64,000 nt of DNA from a virus: the IMG/VR virus record IMGVR_UViG_3300011270_000007, positions 4,684 through 68,683 of that record. One strand, written 5' to 3'. The notes under the pieces are model-generated. The model was given only the letters and a program-made list of their open reading frames with translations, searched no databases and was not told the DNA's origin. Position 1 is the stretch's first letter; every line of letters begins with the position of its first letter. A program made the position numbers and the translations under genes. Below, one piece after another: positions 15,766 through 26,431 of this stretch.

Positions 15766-18309
15766 CTAGTGCAAAACCTGTAACGTGATCGGCACATTAT
15801 AAGATATACCGACGATCCCGATCGTAAGTGTTATCGTCAAAATTGGTCCATTTTTTTGAATGGTAGCCGATGATACTCCAGTAAAAGCTGGATCACCCTC
15901 AAACATCTGTTGAACTGACTTCAATAAATCAGCAGCATTAACGTCTGCCGTTGACGTACCAACTGGAACAATCAACCCAAACCCCGGGTGGTGCATCAGA
16001 GTGCCTCTCGGCGTACTGAGGGCAATCTTGACCGTCTGGATGAGGTTCTGTAAGCCAACCGCAAAGCGGCAATCCCCATCCGGGCCAATTACCAAATCAT
16101 TGTTCTGGTTTAAAAGCAGATCTATTCCACTAACATTGAGTAATGGATCAAATACATTAATACCTGGAATCGACTTGGTTCTATTGTCCGGAATTGTGCT
16201 TTTATCTGAAGGTAAATAGATGACTTGTTGCGAATTAACCGTCCCAGGCAAATAAGCTGTTAAAAGGGCATTGGCCAATGTAGTATAATTGACCAAATCG
16301 TTATTTCCATCCACCGTCACCGAAAAGAAATTGGTGTAAATCTGTTTAATACCCGTAATGTGCCGTTTGTTGGCTGTAATCGCGTTGGAGCCGATCCATA
16401 CCGTTTGGTTAACATATAAATTAGTATTATCGCTGACGTATAACGTGTTACCATTTCCATCAGTTAAAAATGGCAATGTGAAACCCGCTTCATCCACAAA
16501 AGGCTCTTTAAGTCCATTTAAAATGGCAATTTCATGCCAACGATCGGCATTACCCAAATACAATTGAGCCAATCGCTCCAAGGTAAAACCATAAGGGAAG
16601 GGGATTGCTATCTTGCTCTGTGGAACTTTAAATACAATTCCACTGCGCTGAGCTAACCCGGCTACATACTCCAATGAAGTTGGGGTCACTGGATCAACGG
16701 TATTCGATGCCGCCAAATGATCCAAAATGACACAAACCTCATTTAAAGCGAATAAGATATTCCATTCATCGTCCAACGTTGTCCTGGTGGATGGAATACC
16801 TCCGCGATTGTAGACTCGATTATAGGTACTGCCGCCTGCGCCAACCGCATCGGCAAAGTTGTTGGAAAATTGTCTAATCGTAGTTCGTTTATTTTCAAAA
16901 TCAATTCTTTTAAATCCTTTAACCCTATTCATCTCATCTCTAATTCGTTTTAGAATTATAGGAGATAATGGCAAGTCGTTGGCTTTTACAGTATTAAAGA
17001 CCCTTTGTAGGGTAGCGTTACTAGTAATATTAACCGTTGTCGGAGAAAAATTAGGATCTACAATACTAGGGCGAGTTTGCTGATTAATAGGATTTGAACT
17101 TAAATTCAATAACTTATTTGGGCCAGTAGTTAATATCGATGGGGGAGAATTACCTAATGTAGGATAATTCGTTGAAACATTATTCCAGTTTTTACTTAAA
17201 ATAGGCAACATTTCCTTGACAATAGAATTAGGAATATCAGCAATTACATGAGGCAAATTAGTAACACTTTTTAAAAACAACGATGTCTCACGGCCAATTT
17301 CGATGACGATGCCAGTTGGATCTTGCACTACTGATCTAAAGATTTGATTGGTAGCCAATAAAATATCATTTGCTATCTTTAGTCTATTAAGTAATTGATT
17401 TAAAACTTCTGGCCTACGGCCGACCGGGCTGTAGGGATTATTAATTGTGCTAGCACTTTCGATCTTGATTCGTTTCCAAGCCCTTAAATGAAGCGTATAC
17501 ATGTATTCTAATGGTCTGGCGGCGCTGCGGTTCATTGCGAAATTTACACCAGCACAAAGATACCTGGATTCATCCTTCCAAATGTACAACGCCAGTCGTA
17601 GATCTCGCGTACTAACTTGAAACCCTTTGGGTGTAACAATACTTTTGTTAGTCTTTTTCAGCAATTCATATGATTCAATAAATCGTTCCAATACTTTAAA
17701 TTGATAATACCCAGTACTCTTAGCTGGAATACGGTTAGGGTCATTTCCATCCGCTCCATCATTGTCGGTAATAGGCTGATTGATGTTAGAAACGTTGTTG
17801 ACCCCATTAGGATTAAACAAATTCTTCGCACCAGTTACCACTTTATTGACATTGGTAATCGTACCGGCAAAAATTGTGCCAATTGTTGTTGATTGCAATG
17901 CATTAAAAAAATCCGAGTCTTGTGGATTGGCTTGATTCTTGACTGGAGTTACCCCGGTAGTCCCACTTAAAATAATATCTCTCAATGGAACTCCACCATG
18001 TTGCTCAGAAATGCCGCCTAAAGTAACTTGCAATGAAGTGGCAATCGGCATATTAATCTGTAATTCTTGGGGTGGAATGGGCAACGTGAACACCCAACCG
18101 GTCTCAGTGTAAGTTGCATTCCTGTCTTGATCAGCACTTAGATTCAATATTACCAATTGATAAGGGAAATATTGTGAAAATCGAGCCCCATACGCTACCC
18201 GCTGATCCTGAAAGAAAAAAGGATCAGCCAAATCCCCATTCAAAACCGGATAAACATTATCCACATAGTACTTTGAGTTGGGGACTGAGCTTTGGGAATC
18301 TGTAGGCAT
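15766..18309 (-). CDS. baseplate protein: N-terminal tube/hub-like domain, LysM-like segment, C-terminal gp25/W-like domain
   Basis: TLERLAQLYLGNADRWHEIAILNGL; NLIQTVKIALSTPRGTLMHHPGFG; synteny. Confidence 0.75.
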   Translation of the reverse strand: MPTDSQSSVPNSKYYVDNVYPVLNGDLADPFFFQDQRVAYGARFSQYFPYQLVILNLSADQDRNATYTETGWVFTLPIPPQELQINMPIATSLQVTLGGISEQHGGVPLRDIILSGTTGVTPVKNQANPQDSDFFNALQSTTIGTIFAGTITNVNKVVTGAKNLFNPNGVNNVSNINQPITDNDGADGNDPNRIPAKSTGYYQFKVLERFIESYELLKKTNKSIVTPKGFQVSTRDLRLALYIWKDESRYLCAGVNFAMNRSAARPLEYMYTLHLRAWKRIKIESASTINNPYSPVGRRPEVLNQLLNRLKIANDILLATNQIFRSVVQDPTGIVIEIGRETSLFLKSVTNLPHVIADIPNSIVKEMLPILSKNWNNVSTNYPTLGNSPPSILTTGPNKLLNLSSNPINQQTRPSIVDPNFSPTTVNITSNATLQRVFNTVKANDLPLSPIILKRIRDEMNRVKGFKRIDFENKRTTIRQFSNNFADAVGAGGSTYNRVYNRGGIPSTRTTLDDEWNILFALNEVCVILDHLAASNTVDPVTPTSLEYVAGLAQRSGIVFKVPQSKIAIPFPYGFTLERLAQLYLGNADRWHEIAILNGLKEPFVDEAGFTLPFLTDGNGNTLYVSDNTNLYVNQTVWIGSNAITANKRHITGIKQIYTNFFSVTVDGNNDLVNYTTLANALLTAYLPGTVNSQQVIYLPSDKSTIPDNRTKSIPGINVFDPLLNVSGIDLLLNQNNDLVIGPDGDCRFAVGLQNLIQTVKIALSTPRGTLMHHPGFGLIVPVGTSTADVNAADLLKSVQQMFEGDPAFTGVSSATIQKNGPILTITLTIGIVGISYNVPITLQVLH

Positions 18310-18320
18310 ACTATATAAGG

Positions 18321-19235
18321 TTAACTGTCGGCTAAGAAATTAATCGTAGACAAATAATTACTAGCTCCATTTTCAAATTGCTGAATAGTTGAAGCAATTT
18401 GGCCAATAATATCAGAAGCATTTTGTAAAGCTTTGCCTGCGGCTTTCCTTGATGGAGGAGTGTCGGTAATTAACCCAATCCCCGCAGAAAACAACAAGGT
18501 TTGTAAAACACTCAAATTAGATATAATCGACTGATTCATACTTGATTCAGCATTACGATAAGTAGTTCCCTTTACAAAAGCATCGTTGGCACTATTAATT
18601 TTAACTCCAGTAGTAGTAATATTAAATTGGCCAGTATTTACATTAAATGCATTATCTTTTGTAAAGGAAAATGTCGATCCGGTATTAGTCGAATTAATAA
18701 CATTTCCTTTAACGTCAGTTGCTCCCTTACGTAAAAAAAAGAATTGCCCATCTTTGTCAATTTGAGCATTGATACCATTGTATTCCCAAAGCAAAAGGCG
18801 ATTAGCAAACGGCTGGTCTTTTACTTGGTTATCAGGATGAGGCAACCCGCCAATGATATAAGCATAGCTGTTATTACCATTGGCACATAATAATAAGACA
18901 CGTGAACTAGCATTTAATTGTTGTTGGATATTGTTGGTATCAATTCGTGGAACCCACCTAAAAGTATCAGCTACTCCCCCAAACAATGACTGTATTTTAA
19001 CACGATAATAACGAATCGTCGAATATCCCCCATTAGAATCAGCATATTGTACATCTACGTCATATTCCATGTACTTTTGACTGATATTCAAAGGATCACT
19101 TGGATCATAGGATTTAGCCACACTGCCGACCCTCAAGGATAAATCATTAAAAGCCATCCAAGATCCAGAAGGGAAATCCTGAGTAGACATTATTTTTAAA
19201 AAACTTGGGACGACGGTCCCATCAGGCAACTTCAT
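18321..19235 (-). CDS. baseplate spike (gpV/gp5 OB-fold-like)
   Basis: VLLLCANGNNSYAYIIGGLPHP followed by beta repeats; synteny. Confidence 0.65.
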   Translation of the reverse strand: MKLPDGTVVPSFLKIMSTQDFPSGSWMAFNDLSLRVGSVAKSYDPSDPLNISQKYMEYDVDVQYADSNGGYSTIRYYRVKIQSLFGGVADTFRWVPRIDTNNIQQQLNASSRVLLLCANGNNSYAYIIGGLPHPDNQVKDQPFANRLLLWEYNGINAQIDKDGQFFFLRKGATDVKGNVINSTNTGSTFSFTKDNAFNVNTGQFNITTTGVKINSANDAFVKGTTYRNAESSMNQSIISNLSVLQTLLFSAGIGLITDTPPSRKAAGKALQNASDIIGQIASTIQQFENGASNYLSTINFLADS

Positions 19236-21127
19236 TAGTAATTCTCGCTATTAAACCCAATGTCGCTTTCTGGTTTTGTATCCGGCAATAATTGTCTACC
19301 TAAGTAATTCACATCAGTTTCAGGGTAAACAATATCGTCCGCTGAATCACTCTTAAGTGAGATGCCGTTTGTTAATTGCAATGTCGTAGTAAAATCCCTC
19401 ATACCATTGGTAGTTATACTTCCGGAATGAATTACTCTTTCGATATGATATATAGTGCCATCCACAACACAATTATCGCCCTCACATATTGGTTCTTGGA
19501 TTCCTTTCATAACTACCGTACCGGTATACTTTAAATGACTACCCATCAAAATATCAGCCATCAATTTATTCCAAAAACGACCAGGAGCAAAATCGAATAT
19601 ATTATTTAAACTGATGAAAGCCCCAACAGTAGAAATCTTTGGCCTAAGTCCAGCTCGCTTGATATCTAATGGATCCGCAACCGGTAAGCACATTTGATAA
19701 AAAGTTTCTTGCGCAATTGGTTCATTTGAGATAAACTCAATTGGCTTAAACCAAACAAAATTATATCTTAAAGTATTTGAACGACCAACCTTGTAATTAA
19801 GAATTATGTCATCTTTAATTACCCAACGTGGTAAATCTAAAAATCCAGTTGATGATGGATTGTTTTGCACAAACGATTTGGTACTAAATGGATTTTGACG
19901 AACTATTACGGTAGGTAATACGTACCCTTGCTCGTCTACTCTTAAACAAGAATACATTTCGTTCATAGGTTCTGCTAAATATGTTTTTAAAATCGACCAT
20001 AGTGGCACATTATCAAAAATTAACGGGCGAATAATATGCAGTCCAGTCAATTGATAACTAGCTCTATAAATACGAGCACCAGACGCCGTAGTCAAATCTG
20101 GCAAAAATCCTAAATAATTACTTGTACCTATATCATTCACCGTAGTGATTTGAGTATCAGTCGAAGTATTAAAACTAGTGTCCCTTAAAGTTACCGTCCC
20201 ACCACGATTATTATACTTTTGGCCACCTACGATTGTTTTTAAAAGATCCGCATAAGTAACACCAACCGTCTTAAGTTGAGGATTACTATCACCTAATAAT
20301 AACTTAGCTACTGTCCTTGGAATAAGATAAGTATCATTAGGTGAAGCTACCAATCCATCTTTAATACTATTATCAGTAAATGGAGCCAAAAGGTCCGCTG
20401 CTGGATTACGATATGCGTCCGCTGGACCCAGCCCTAAACACGTAATTAAAAGAAATGGAATAATTCGATCTGCCGTATCTACTGTGCCTAATTGTTCGAT
20501 AAACCTTTGTCCAGCACTAAAATTAGGCAAATACAACACAGCTTCAGGGGCCAAAGAAGTTAATAATTGATTATAATACATTAATGTATCAAGTTCAGTA
20601 AATCCATTGGCGGTCAATTCGTATATAATAGTTCGATTTAACCCACTAGCGTCTACAGACTTCGTTTTAAAACAAGTGCTTACTCTGCCAATAAACTTAG
20701 GAGCATATTCGAATTTATTAGCACGTTGTTTATTAGTTACAAGATTTTTAACTTGTATATAACTAGCATAATTATTGAATGCCCAAAAAATAATCCAATC
20801 TTCAGGACCAATAACAGCGGCATAATTAATACCACTATGAAACAATATCATACTTAAGCTAGAGACATGACTTTCTTTACTGGTTGAAGTCGTCCACGAA
20901 ATACAATCATTATCGATAATAATTGTAGGATCTTCGATAGTCGAAACTGCATTCGCATTCGTACCGGTACCAGCGCTACCTAATGTAAATGCACCAATAC
21001 TACCAGGATTTTGCGGATCACGATTATAAGTGTCTTTAAAAAAAAATGGCACAATTACCGCTAGCCAATAAGGATTGGTTTGATGAGAATCAGCGGTATT
21101 TGCACCTAAAACGTAATTAAATGCCAT
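19235..21127 (-). CDS. baseplate hub protein
   Basis: Follows the tape measure; C-terminal GTVVMKG..GDN..YHIERVIHS..FTTTLQLTNG. Confidence 0.7.
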   Translation of the reverse strand: MAFNYVLGANTADSHQTNPYWLAVIVPFFFKDTYNRDPQNPGSIGAFTLGSAGTGTNANAVSTIEDPTIIIDNDCISWTTSTSKESHVSSLSMILFHSGINYAAVIGPEDWIIFWAFNNYASYIQVKNLVTNKQRANKFEYAPKFIGRVSTCFKTKSVDASGLNRTIIYELTANGFTELDTLMYYNQLLTSLAPEAVLYLPNFSAGQRFIEQLGTVDTADRIIPFLLITCLGLGPADAYRNPAADLLAPFTDNSIKDGLVASPNDTYLIPRTVAKLLLGDSNPQLKTVGVTYADLLKTIVGGQKYNNRGGTVTLRDTSFNTSTDTQITTVNDIGTSNYLGFLPDLTTASGARIYRASYQLTGLHIIRPLIFDNVPLWSILKTYLAEPMNEMYSCLRVDEQGYVLPTVIVRQNPFSTKSFVQNNPSSTGFLDLPRWVIKDDIILNYKVGRSNTLRYNFVWFKPIEFISNEPIAQETFYQMCLPVADPLDIKRAGLRPKISTVGAFISLNNIFDFAPGRFWNKLMADILMGSHLKYTGTVVMKGIQEPICEGDNCVVDGTIYHIERVIHSGSITTNGMRDFTTTLQLTNGISLKSDSADDIVYPETDVNYLGRQLLPDTKPESDIGFNSENY

Positions 21128-23376
21128 TAGCGTCCCTTAGTAGTTCTTTCTTTGCGCGACCAAGGTTGTTCAAGAATTGGATCATCTACCCCTAAATCTC
21201 TCGCCCAACCACTAATCGTTTCTTTTGTCCTCATTGAAGTAAACATTTTGGTAAATTCAAATATAGCCGCCCGAGTTTCGGGATCGTTCATTGCATCGTA
21301 CATTGCTTTCAAGGCCACAGCAGCTTGTTGAATTGCCGCTTGTTCCCCAATACCCCCAGTTGGTTTTAGTTTCTTTTCAAATCCTCTTCCCCCTCCTCCA
21401 GTTAAATCTCCTGCATCAAAACCCTGACCAACGTGTTCCAAAAGTCGTTCAAAACTAACATCATCCATATTTTGCATACCAATTAATGGACGAATCGTGA
21501 CACCAGCTAAACGTCTAAACCTTTCACTTTTCAACGCGCCTTGTACACCCCCAGCACCAGTCATAATATTTTGCATTTCTGGAAATTCGTTAGCCGACAG
21601 TCCAACTGCACTTTCTATTTTGGCTAAAAATTCCTCTCTGCCAGTTGATCTTACACGCGCTCTAGATTGTTTTGAGCCAGGATCATTAGGATCGCCAAAA
21701 AGAGTGTCTAAAGCCCTATTACCGGTCAATAATTGATCCATTGGCGTATTAGCCAACGTATAAGCAGCGACACCCGAAATCCCTGGCATACGATGCCGTA
21801 TCTTAGCTATATCTATCGCAGACAATAATGGATTTCCTAACGTGCCTTGACCAATCTGTTGCATACCGGTTAAGGTTTGCGTGATTTCCATTGGATTGGC
21901 TGTTTTGCCAGTCATTGGACCAAGAAGAAAATTAAACAAATCTCTAGCGCCGCCAACTCCCATTGTCCCAGGCCCCATTGGACCACTTCTAGCTGAAACA
22001 AGTGCATCAATCAATTTTTCTAATGTTTGTGGAGTTGTAATACCCCTTGAAACACCTGCGCTTACGGCATCTTCAATTTCTTTGGTTGCCGCAGTAGTTC
22101 TCCCTCCCACTGGTCCACCCAACAAAGACTGAAGCTGTCCAATTCCACCACCAACAACATTTCGATCTAAACCAAATCGTTGTAATTGGACGGCCCTTGT
22201 ACCAGCCATGCGCGCAGCTTCAGGGCCAAACTGATCGGCCAATCCACCAAAGAATTGCCATGATTCTTGCGGCATCATTCCAGCCTTAACGCCAATTCCA
22301 GCCATTCGAGAAGCTTCGCCTTCTCCACCTAATCTACGACCAGCTTGCATTAAAGCTGGAGCTTGAGACATCAATAAAGCCGCTGAGGCTTGTTGAAGTG
22401 GGCTCATTGCTACACGCTCACGAATCAATTTCATAACATTTTCTTGTTCGCGCGCACGAATATCCCCACCCATAATATCTGTAACAAACTTAGGCAATGT
22501 TGAAACACCAAACAATGCTCCAATACCTCCACCTACAAGAGCGCCGGGAACGAGTCCAATTCCTAAACTGGGTATTCCAGCAAGTGCGGCACCGGCAGCC
22601 GCACCAGCAGCCATGCCACCGCCTACCCTAAGACCAGCCCCAAGTAACATTGCTCCTTGGCCGCCAGCTTGTTTATAAGGATCCGTACCTTCGGCCCTTA
22701 GTTGTCGCAATGCTATAATATCACTGATATCACCGCCTAAAATACGCTTTCCGATATCACCATATTTTGCTCCAGCAACTCGACCAGCACTTTCCCACGG
22801 CAACGTTTTATATCGTTGATATTGATCAGCTACATTTGCACCCAAAAACATTGCTGATGCGCCAAATCCAGCAATTCGACTAAATGTTCTGGCATTAAAT
22901 CCACCGCCGCCTAGAGGTGGCCAATTTACTCCTCTGGGTCCCGGATGATTGAAACCTGGAGGTAATGCTAAAGGAGGAGGACCGCCAGGCGGAAGACCTC
23001 CATATCCACCACCAGAAGGACCACTGACACGTTGAGCCCACCCCATGTATCTTTCGCCGCCACCCGAACCCCAACCCGGCATTCCGCCCATTAATCCTCG
23101 GCCAGGTGGCAATAGTCCGCCACCGCCGCCTATCCGGACGAAACCCTGCAACGTAGCTAAATATTGACGTAATGCACGAGTCGAATCTTCGATCGAACGT
23201 TGATTGGCTTTAAATTCTTTGGTTAAATCTTTTAAAACCTTATTGACGCCAACCAAAGACTTATTCAAACCATCAGTAAGCTTTTTGACATCACCTACCG
23301 CATTGGTGAACGCTTTGAAAGATTGAACATCTACCTTAGCGCCAATTTTTAGGCTTTTACTAGATTCATCGGCCAT
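21127..23376 (-). CDS. tape measure protein
   Basis: Helical, Gly/Ala-rich, N-terminal coiled coil, hydrophobic segment; after the chaperones. Confidence 0.75.
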   Translation of the reverse strand: MADESSKSLKIGAKVDVQSFKAFTNAVGDVKKLTDGLNKSLVGVNKVLKDLTKEFKANQRSIEDSTRALRQYLATLQGFVRIGGGGGLLPPGRGLMGGMPGWGSGGGERYMGWAQRVSGPSGGGYGGLPPGGPPPLALPPGFNHPGPRGVNWPPLGGGGFNARTFSRIAGFGASAMFLGANVADQYQRYKTLPWESAGRVAGAKYGDIGKRILGGDISDIIALRQLRAEGTDPYKQAGGQGAMLLGAGLRVGGGMAAGAAAGAALAGIPSLGIGLVPGALVGGGIGALFGVSTLPKFVTDIMGGDIRAREQENVMKLIRERVAMSPLQQASAALLMSQAPALMQAGRRLGGEGEASRMAGIGVKAGMMPQESWQFFGGLADQFGPEAARMAGTRAVQLQRFGLDRNVVGGGIGQLQSLLGGPVGGRTTAATKEIEDAVSAGVSRGITTPQTLEKLIDALVSARSGPMGPGTMGVGGARDLFNFLLGPMTGKTANPMEITQTLTGMQQIGQGTLGNPLLSAIDIAKIRHRMPGISGVAAYTLANTPMDQLLTGNRALDTLFGDPNDPGSKQSRARVRSTGREEFLAKIESAVGLSANEFPEMQNIMTGAGGVQGALKSERFRRLAGVTIRPLIGMQNMDDVSFERLLEHVGQGFDAGDLTGGGGRGFEKKLKPTGGIGEQAAIQQAAVALKAMYDAMNDPETRAAIFEFTKMFTSMRTKETISGWARDLGVDDPILEQPWSRKERTTKGR

Positions 23377-23393
23377 AATTTACCTGGATTATC

Positions 23394-23933
23394 TTAAGAT
23401 TGCTTTTTTGGAGCCGTAAAGTCAGTTTCACCCAATTGGTCCATCAGATTTTCATCAATATAATTAAGCTTAATCTCAGGTAATTCATTTAGTGCTTTCT
23501 TTTGTTCTTCCAGCACCGAATCGTCGATCGCAACTTCGGTATTACCCTTTTTCTGATATCTTAAGCTCGTACCTTTAAGGGCTTTGATATCGGGCGTATC
23601 CCGGCCTTCCTGCAACCCCTTGACTTCGGCTTCAGCCATTTTCAAGAAGGCTTCATCGTCAGCTTTTTCCTCAAGTTCCCTTTGGCGCTTTTCTTCAACG
23701 GTTTCCAACAAGGATATTATTTTATTGTGTTTTTGATCATCGTCCAATTGCTCGAAATTGGCCTCAAAATAGTGCAATAAAACGTAGTCTAAGGGCAGGT
23801 CATCTACGTCAGGTAATGGGACATGGAAAGTAGTGCTAAACCAACGATAAATGCGACGGATAAAAGCATCATCGTCTGGTTGAAGAACAGCTAGTAAAGC
23901 GATCTTTTGCAGATCATTGACAAATTCACTCAC
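23394..23933 (-). CDS. tail assembly chaperone-like protein
   Basis: Synteny; acidic helical protein. Confidence 0.55.
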   Translation of the reverse strand: MSEFVNDLQKIALLAVLQPDDDAFIRRIYRWFSTTFHVPLPDVDDLPLDYVLLHYFEANFEQLDDDQKHNKIISLLETVEEKRQRELEEKADDEAFLKMAEAEVKGLQEGRDTPDIKALKGTSLRYQKKGNTEVAIDDSVLEEQKKALNELPEIKLNYIDENLMDQLGETDFTAPKKQS

Positions 23934-23938
23934 ACATT

Positions 23939-24340
23939 TTACTTAGGGTTAGATTCAGCAATGTCCTTCAACTTCTGACCAGCGAGTTCTGCTTTTTTTT
24001 GCACTTCTTTTACGGCATCAATTTTGATTTTCATCACTTGATCCCATACTTCTCGCAAAACCGAATCGTCAGCCAAATCCAATCCATTTCCATTTTCGGA
24101 CCACCACGTAGGACTCTTGATAATACTTACCGATAATTCGCCTAACATTTCTGCTTGCGATTTAGCTCGTTCGGTTGCTCCTTCTGAATTAGATCCAAGT
24201 AATTCTCGACACACTTTATCTCTTAGTAATTCTTGACGATGGGTTAAACGACGTAAAGCGGTAAAAGTACCATAAAATACTTCACCCGTTCGATCACCTG
24301 TAATTTTAACATCAAAGCTAACGCTCTCTTTTAAATCCAC
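23939..24340 (-). CDS. tail assembly chaperone
   Basis: FYGTFTALRRLT...IIKSPTWW pattern; AGGAG RBS. Confidence 0.65.
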   Translation of the reverse strand: MDLKESVSFDVKITGDRTGEVFYGTFTALRRLTHRQELLRDKVCRELLGSNSEGATERAKSQAEMLGELSVSIIKSPTWWSENGNGLDLADDSVLREVWDQVMKIKIDAVKEVQKKAELAGQKLKDIAESNPK

Positions 24341-24416
24341 AATTTTGCTCCTAATTGTTTGAAATTATTTAGCGCACTTGACTTGAATAGCGCCGCTATG
24401 ATATAAGATTGCTTCT

Positions 24417-24620
24417 TTGAAACTATACATCAAACATATCAGCAATCAATGGATTGTAAATTATAGCTTTTCTAGAAAAGAAATAATTAAAATAAATGAA
24501 GAGGATATTCGTTATATTTCTGGGAAAAAATATCAATGTAAATTTAATACGTATAACGATGCTAGACATTATTATTTTTATTTAAAAAATAAATACACTG
24601 AGATATGTACACGACGATAG
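24417..24620 (+). CDS. hypothetical protein
   Basis: Downstream of a TTGACT...TATAAG promoter-like site. Confidence 0.4.
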   Translation: MKLYIKHISNQWIVNYSFSRKEIIKINEEDIRYISGKKYQCKFNTYNDARHYYFYLKNKYTEICTRR

Positions 24621-24790
24621 GCAAGTTTTCTAAATCGTCATGCCGGCATTTGCACAAGACATTTGACGAAGCTCAAGAATGTTTAATTAAGCACCAAAAC
24701 GAATGTAGGAAATCGGATAAGATTTCTGACCGAATAATTTTAGAAATCGATTCGTTGGAAGACTTGGACGATATACTCGTCTTATATTGA
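24605..24790 (+). CDS. hypothetical protein
   Basis: CRHLHKTFDEAQEC..H..C motif. Confidence 0.5.
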   Translation: MYTTIGKFSKSSCRHLHKTFDEAQECLIKHQNECRKSDKISDRIILEIDSLEDLDDILVLY

Positions 24791-25357
24791 TTCAGGAATG
24801 TCCCATTGCGTAATAATGCCATCAACCAAATGTAATTTCAAAGCTTCATCTGGGCTTAAATACCAGTTTCTTTTTGTCTTGAGCTTAAAAAATTTTTTAT
24901 CCATCCCACTTCGATCTGAAACATATTGAGCTAAACTATCATTAAGATGCATTAGCCAATCTAAATGTGACTTCAATTGGTCTTCATTTAATTTTTCATT
25001 AATACCAAGCGATGCTCCATGGAACATTATAAAACTACGTTGAGTAATTAAACTACGATCGCAAGCTTCCTCAATATAAGCTGCCATACTCTCGCCATAA
25101 AAATCAATTACACAAACGGTGGGCACATGGTATCGTTCAATCGCATCAATTAATTGATAGCCCTCGTCAACCGATCCACCATGAGAAGTGATTCTAAACC
25201 AAACTTCCTCTACTCCAACAAATTCGATTGCCTTCATTTTTGCTAAAATACGGTCAACGTTGACAGTATTTATTTCATTAACGTCAATGGTAACTTTTGT
25301 GGGGATCGAGGCACAACAAGAAAGAAACAAAAGGAAGACAACCAATAACCTAGACAT
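24782..25357 (-). CDS. ClpP-like serine peptidase with N-terminal signal/lipoprotein peptide
   Basis: ITSHGGSV, ESMAA (Ser), FIMFHG, WYLSPDEALKLHLVD. Confidence 0.8.
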   Translation of the reverse strand: MSRLLVVFLLFLSCCASIPTKVTIDVNEINTVNVDRILAKMKAIEFVGVEEVWFRITSHGGSVDEGYQLIDAIERYHVPTVCVIDFYGESMAAYIEEACDRSLITQRSFIMFHGASLGINEKLNEDQLKSHLDWLMHLNDSLAQYVSDRSGMDKKFFKLKTKRNWYLSPDEALKLHLVDGIITQWDIPESI

Positions 25358-25368
25358 ATACCTCTAGA

Positions 25369-25656
25369 TTAAGACTTCGTTACCGCTCCATTTTGGGTCT
25401 GCACGATATGTCTTAAAGTCATAAATTTATTGACAGTATTACCGACAATATATAATCCTGCCAAAGATATTACCGTGTTACAAAAAGTGCTATACACATC
25501 TTTGAATTTAAGACTGACTGTAACATTAGTTAGACCAATAATAAGAAATCCAACTAAAATCAGTAACATACTCACGTATGTCACGTGCATTTTCCTTGAA
25601 TTTAATCCACTGTCGGATAAATCAAAATTAGGGTCCATGGCTTTTAAGTCGTTCAA
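25369..25656 (-). CDS. holin-like protein (2 TM)
   Basis: SRK followed by two hydrophobic helices, YIVGN. Confidence 0.55.
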   Translation of the reverse strand: MNDLKAMDPNFDLSDSGLNSRKMHVTYVSMLLILVGFLIIGLTNVTVSLKFKDVYSTFCNTVISLAGLYIVGNTVNKFMTLRHIVQTQNGAVTKS

Positions 25657-25978
25657 TTATAAGCGCCAATCCAGCGCCCAATACGGCTATAATAAACTTT
25701 TGAATACGGTGCTTCCAACGTTCATCCAAAGCACTAGTATTTTCTATTTTATTTATACGATCTTTACTGCCTTCATAATGAACTTGAAGGTCAATTACTT
25801 GTTTCAAAACAACATCAATCCTTGCCCCTAAAGTAAAAGATAAGACATCGATTTTTTCGCCTAAATTATGTAATCCAATTTCAACCGTACTTTCAAGTCG
25901 GCTAATACGCTCCCTATTATCAGATGCTATGTTTTCAAGTCGCAAAATACGGATCTCATCTTGCTCATTACTCATCAT
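25628..25978 (-). CDS. coiled-coil protein with C-terminal TM (XhlA/holin-associated-like)
   Basis: RISRLE heptads; C-terminal FIIAVLGAGLALII. Confidence 0.55.
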   Translation of the reverse strand: MMSNEQDEIRILRLENIASDNRERISRLESTVEIGLHNLGEKIDVLSFTLGARIDVVLKQVIDLQVHYEGSKDRINKIENTSALDERWKHRIQKFIIAVLGAGLALIIERLKSHGP

Positions 25979-25999
25979 AATGCTCCTAATTTAGAAAGA

Positions 26000-26374
26000 T
26001 TATTGAGTATCGAATCCAATTAACGTTACAGACTGTAATGTACCGGCTATACCAGCAGCAGCAAACTGCAATGTCATGGAGGCAGCTGGAGTTCCTACAA
26101 TATTTAACCCTAAAATATTGATCGATCGCACATCGTTAGTGACAGCAATTAAATATTCACTCCAAACAATATTAGATCCATCTAATAGATTAACTAAAAC
26201 CGCGGCATTGGCCGCAGTGCCAGCAAAACTCGCACAAATACCAGTACAAACATGTCGAATATCAGCACCACCGGCAACTTTAACCGCACTGGCTTGTGTA
26301 GCCGCAGCAGGGGTTGATACGACCGTCCAAGTACCAAGAGGAAGACTTATCGCGGGAACTAAAGGACTAGGCAT
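26000..26374 (-). CDS. small beta-rich virion-like protein
   Basis: Ala/Thr/Gly-rich; late motif and AGGAG upstream. Confidence 0.6.
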   Translation of the reverse strand: MPSPLVPAISLPLGTWTVVSTPAAATQASAVKVAGGADIRHVCTGICASFAGTAANAAVLVNLLDGSNIVWSEYLIAVTNDVRSINILGLNIVGTPAASMTLQFAAAGIAGTLQSVTLIGFDTQ

Positions 26375-26431
26375 CTTTACTCCTAATTAATCAGAATAAA
26401 GATTAAGCTTTAACTCAGGAACACTTTTATG

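Noticed and set aside
23394-24340. Programmed frameshift between tail chaperones
   Set aside because: Both ORFs have their own start and stop, and I found no convincing slippery heptamer at the junction
24782-25357. ClpP-like gene as the prohead protease
   Set aside because: It is far from the head genes and has a signal-like N-terminus; the head protease probably lies beyond the portal, outside the window
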